Below are positions 62,892 through 64,000 of a stretch of DNA of 64,000 bases, in pieces (the stretch's first letter is position 1; the number at the start of each line of letters is the position of its first letter). The stretch comes from Longimicrobiales bacterium (GTDB taxonomy: Bacteria; Gemmatimonadota; Gemmatimonadetes; Longimicrobiales; RSA9). Where the stretch lies: assembly GCA_035465395.1 (NCBI GenBank), contig DATHRK010000103.1, positions 23,822 to 87,821 on the forward strand, given 5' to 3'. The translations under genes were made by a program, and so were the position numbers. A model generated the notes under the pieces. It did no database searches, was not told the DNA's origin, and worked only from the letters and a program-made list of their open reading frames with translations.

Positions 62892-64000
62892 TCACCGCGT
62901 AGCTCCCGCGGGCAAGGAAACGGACGTCGCCGGAGCGGCCTCCACCGGGATGCCCACCGGATCGTCCTGCTCGGTCCTGCGGCGCAGCCGTGCCTCCTGC
63001 CATAGCGAATAGACCGCCGGGATCACCAACAGCGTCAGGATGGTGGCCGACACCATCCCACCCACCATCGGCGTCGCGATCCGCTTCATCACGCTGGCTC
63101 CGGTGCCGTGACCCCACAGGATCGGCAACAGGCCCGCGATCACCGCGGTGGCCGTCATGACGACCGGCCGCAGCCGCTGGCCCGCTCCCTCGCGCACCGC
63201 CTCCAGCACGTCCTGGGGGGTCGAGAGTGTCCGGGCTTCCACGCGGCGGGTATGGGCGAGGTCCAGGTAGATCAGCAGCACCACCCCTATCTCCGTCGCG
63301 ACGCCCGCGAGGGCGATGAAACCGATCGCGGTGGCCACCGACCAGTTGTAGCCGAGGAGCGCCATCAGCAGGACTCCGCCCACCATGGCGAATGGCAGCG
63401 ACGCCATGACCATCAGGGTCTCCGCGACGGTGCGGAAGTTGAAGTACAGCAGAAGGAAGATGATGATCAGCGTGGCCGGCACGACCAGCACGAGCTTTTC
63501 TTTCGCGCGCTGCATGTATTCGTACTGCCCCGACCACTCCAGCGTGTAGCCGGCCGGCAGCGTCACGAGGTCTTCCACCATTTCCTTGGCGTCGCCCACG
63601 TAGCCGCCCAGGTCGCGGCCCTCCACGTCCACGTAGACCCACGCGGTCGGGAAGGCGCCCTCGGTCTTCACCGCCATGGGGCCGTTGACACGGCGGATGT
63701 CGGCGACCTGGCCCAGGGGGATCTGGGCGCTGCCACCGCCGCCCGGTGGGGTCATCCCGCCCATGGCTTCCATTCCGCCGGAGTTCGCCGGGCCACGCTG
63801 TGAGACTGGCAGCAGCACCTCGGCCAGCTTCTCCGGCTGATCCCGGAGCTCGTGCGGATAGCGCAGCCGCACCGCGTAACGCTCCCGTCCTTCGACGGTC
63901 TGCGTGATGGTCATGCCGCCAACAGCGGACGCGAGCACCATCTGGACGTCCTCGATGTTCAGCCCGTAGCGCGCGGCCGCGCTTCGGTCGATGTCCACGT
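62892..64000 (-). CDS. CusA/CzcA-family heavy-metal RND efflux permease (C-terminal part; gene continues beyond the window)
   Basis: Motifs RYGLNIEDVQ...TQTVEGRERYAVRLRY, GYTLEWSGQYEYMQRAKE and LPILWGHGTGASVMKRIATPMVGGMVSA. The ORF is open at position 64000. Confidence 0.88.
   Translation of the reverse strand, partial: VDIDRSAAARYGLNIEDVQMVLASAVGGMTITQTVEGRERYAVRLRYPHELRDQPEKLAEVLLPVSQRGPANSGGMEAMGGMTPPGGGGSAQIPLGQVADIRRVNGPMAVKTEGAFPTAWVYVDVEGRDLGGYVGDAKEMVEDLVTLPAGYTLEWSGQYEYMQRAKEKLVLVVPATLIIIFLLLYFNFRTVAETLMVMASLPFAMVGGVLLMALLGYNWSVATAIGFIALAGVATEIGVVLLIYLDLAHTRRVEARTLSTPQDVLEAVREGAGQRLRPVVMTATAVIAGLLPILWGHGTGASVMKRIATPMVGGMVSATILTLLVIPAVYSLWQEARLRRRTEQDDPVGIPVEAAPATSVSLPAGATR

Noticed and set aside
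1-64000. CRISPR arrays, rRNA genes, insertion sequences, toxin-antitoxin or known defence-system genes.
   Set aside because: I saw no regularly spaced repeats, no transposase, integrase or Cas-like ORFs, and no rRNA-like sequence on either strand.

Overview
High-GC bacterial chromosome segment. Gene content (T9SS-type PorV-like barrel, FlgD-Ig-like C-terminal tails, DUF1800/DUF1501, LemA/DUF2207) suggests Gemmatimonadota or a related FCB-group lineage, but that is only an inference. The window is densely coding. I support about 55 protein genes, 2 tRNAs (Thr-UGU, Gly-UCC), and a few promoters, operators and terminators. Housekeeping genes include nrdJ, pyk, rnd, smpB, pyrD, pyrF, cysS and otsA/otsB, plus two Amidase_3 cell-wall amidases and two MscS channels. 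Many long ORFs in the six-frame track are GC-driven artefacts in alternative or antisense frames and are not reported. The most interesting signal is a pair of genes that the track splits into two same-frame ORFs at a single TGA. In both, the TGA falls on a conserved catalytic or redox cysteine. One is the second Cys of the CxxC motif in a carboxymuconolactone-decarboxylase/AhpD-like protein. The other is the Cys159-equivalent of a MerB (organomercurial lyase)-like protein. Each TGA is followed 11-12 nt later by a short hairpin with a G-rich apical loop, as in a bacterial SECIS element. I read both as unannotated selenocysteine proteins inside a redox/metal-detox neighbourhood (OsmC, MATE, cytochrome c, GDCCVxC protein, LLM oxidoreductase). 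The second candidate is the block at 55.4-62.7 kb downstream of tRNA-Gly. It encodes only uncharacterised exported or envelope proteins. These are a translationally coupled two-gene pair and a coupled three-gene operon ending in an OmpA-domain lipoprotein, bracketed by two paralogous lipoproteins in inverted orientation. Other observations: tandem NrdR boxes over the nrdJ promoter, a 26-bp near-perfect hairpin and a canonical G-quadruplex motif downstream of nrdJ, an S8 protease coupled to a PorV-like barrel, a sigma54 activator with a Lys/Ser-rich tail next to a degenerate histidine kinase, and three genes whose conserved N-termini have no canonical start codon. No CRISPR array, integrase, transposase or rRNA was seen.
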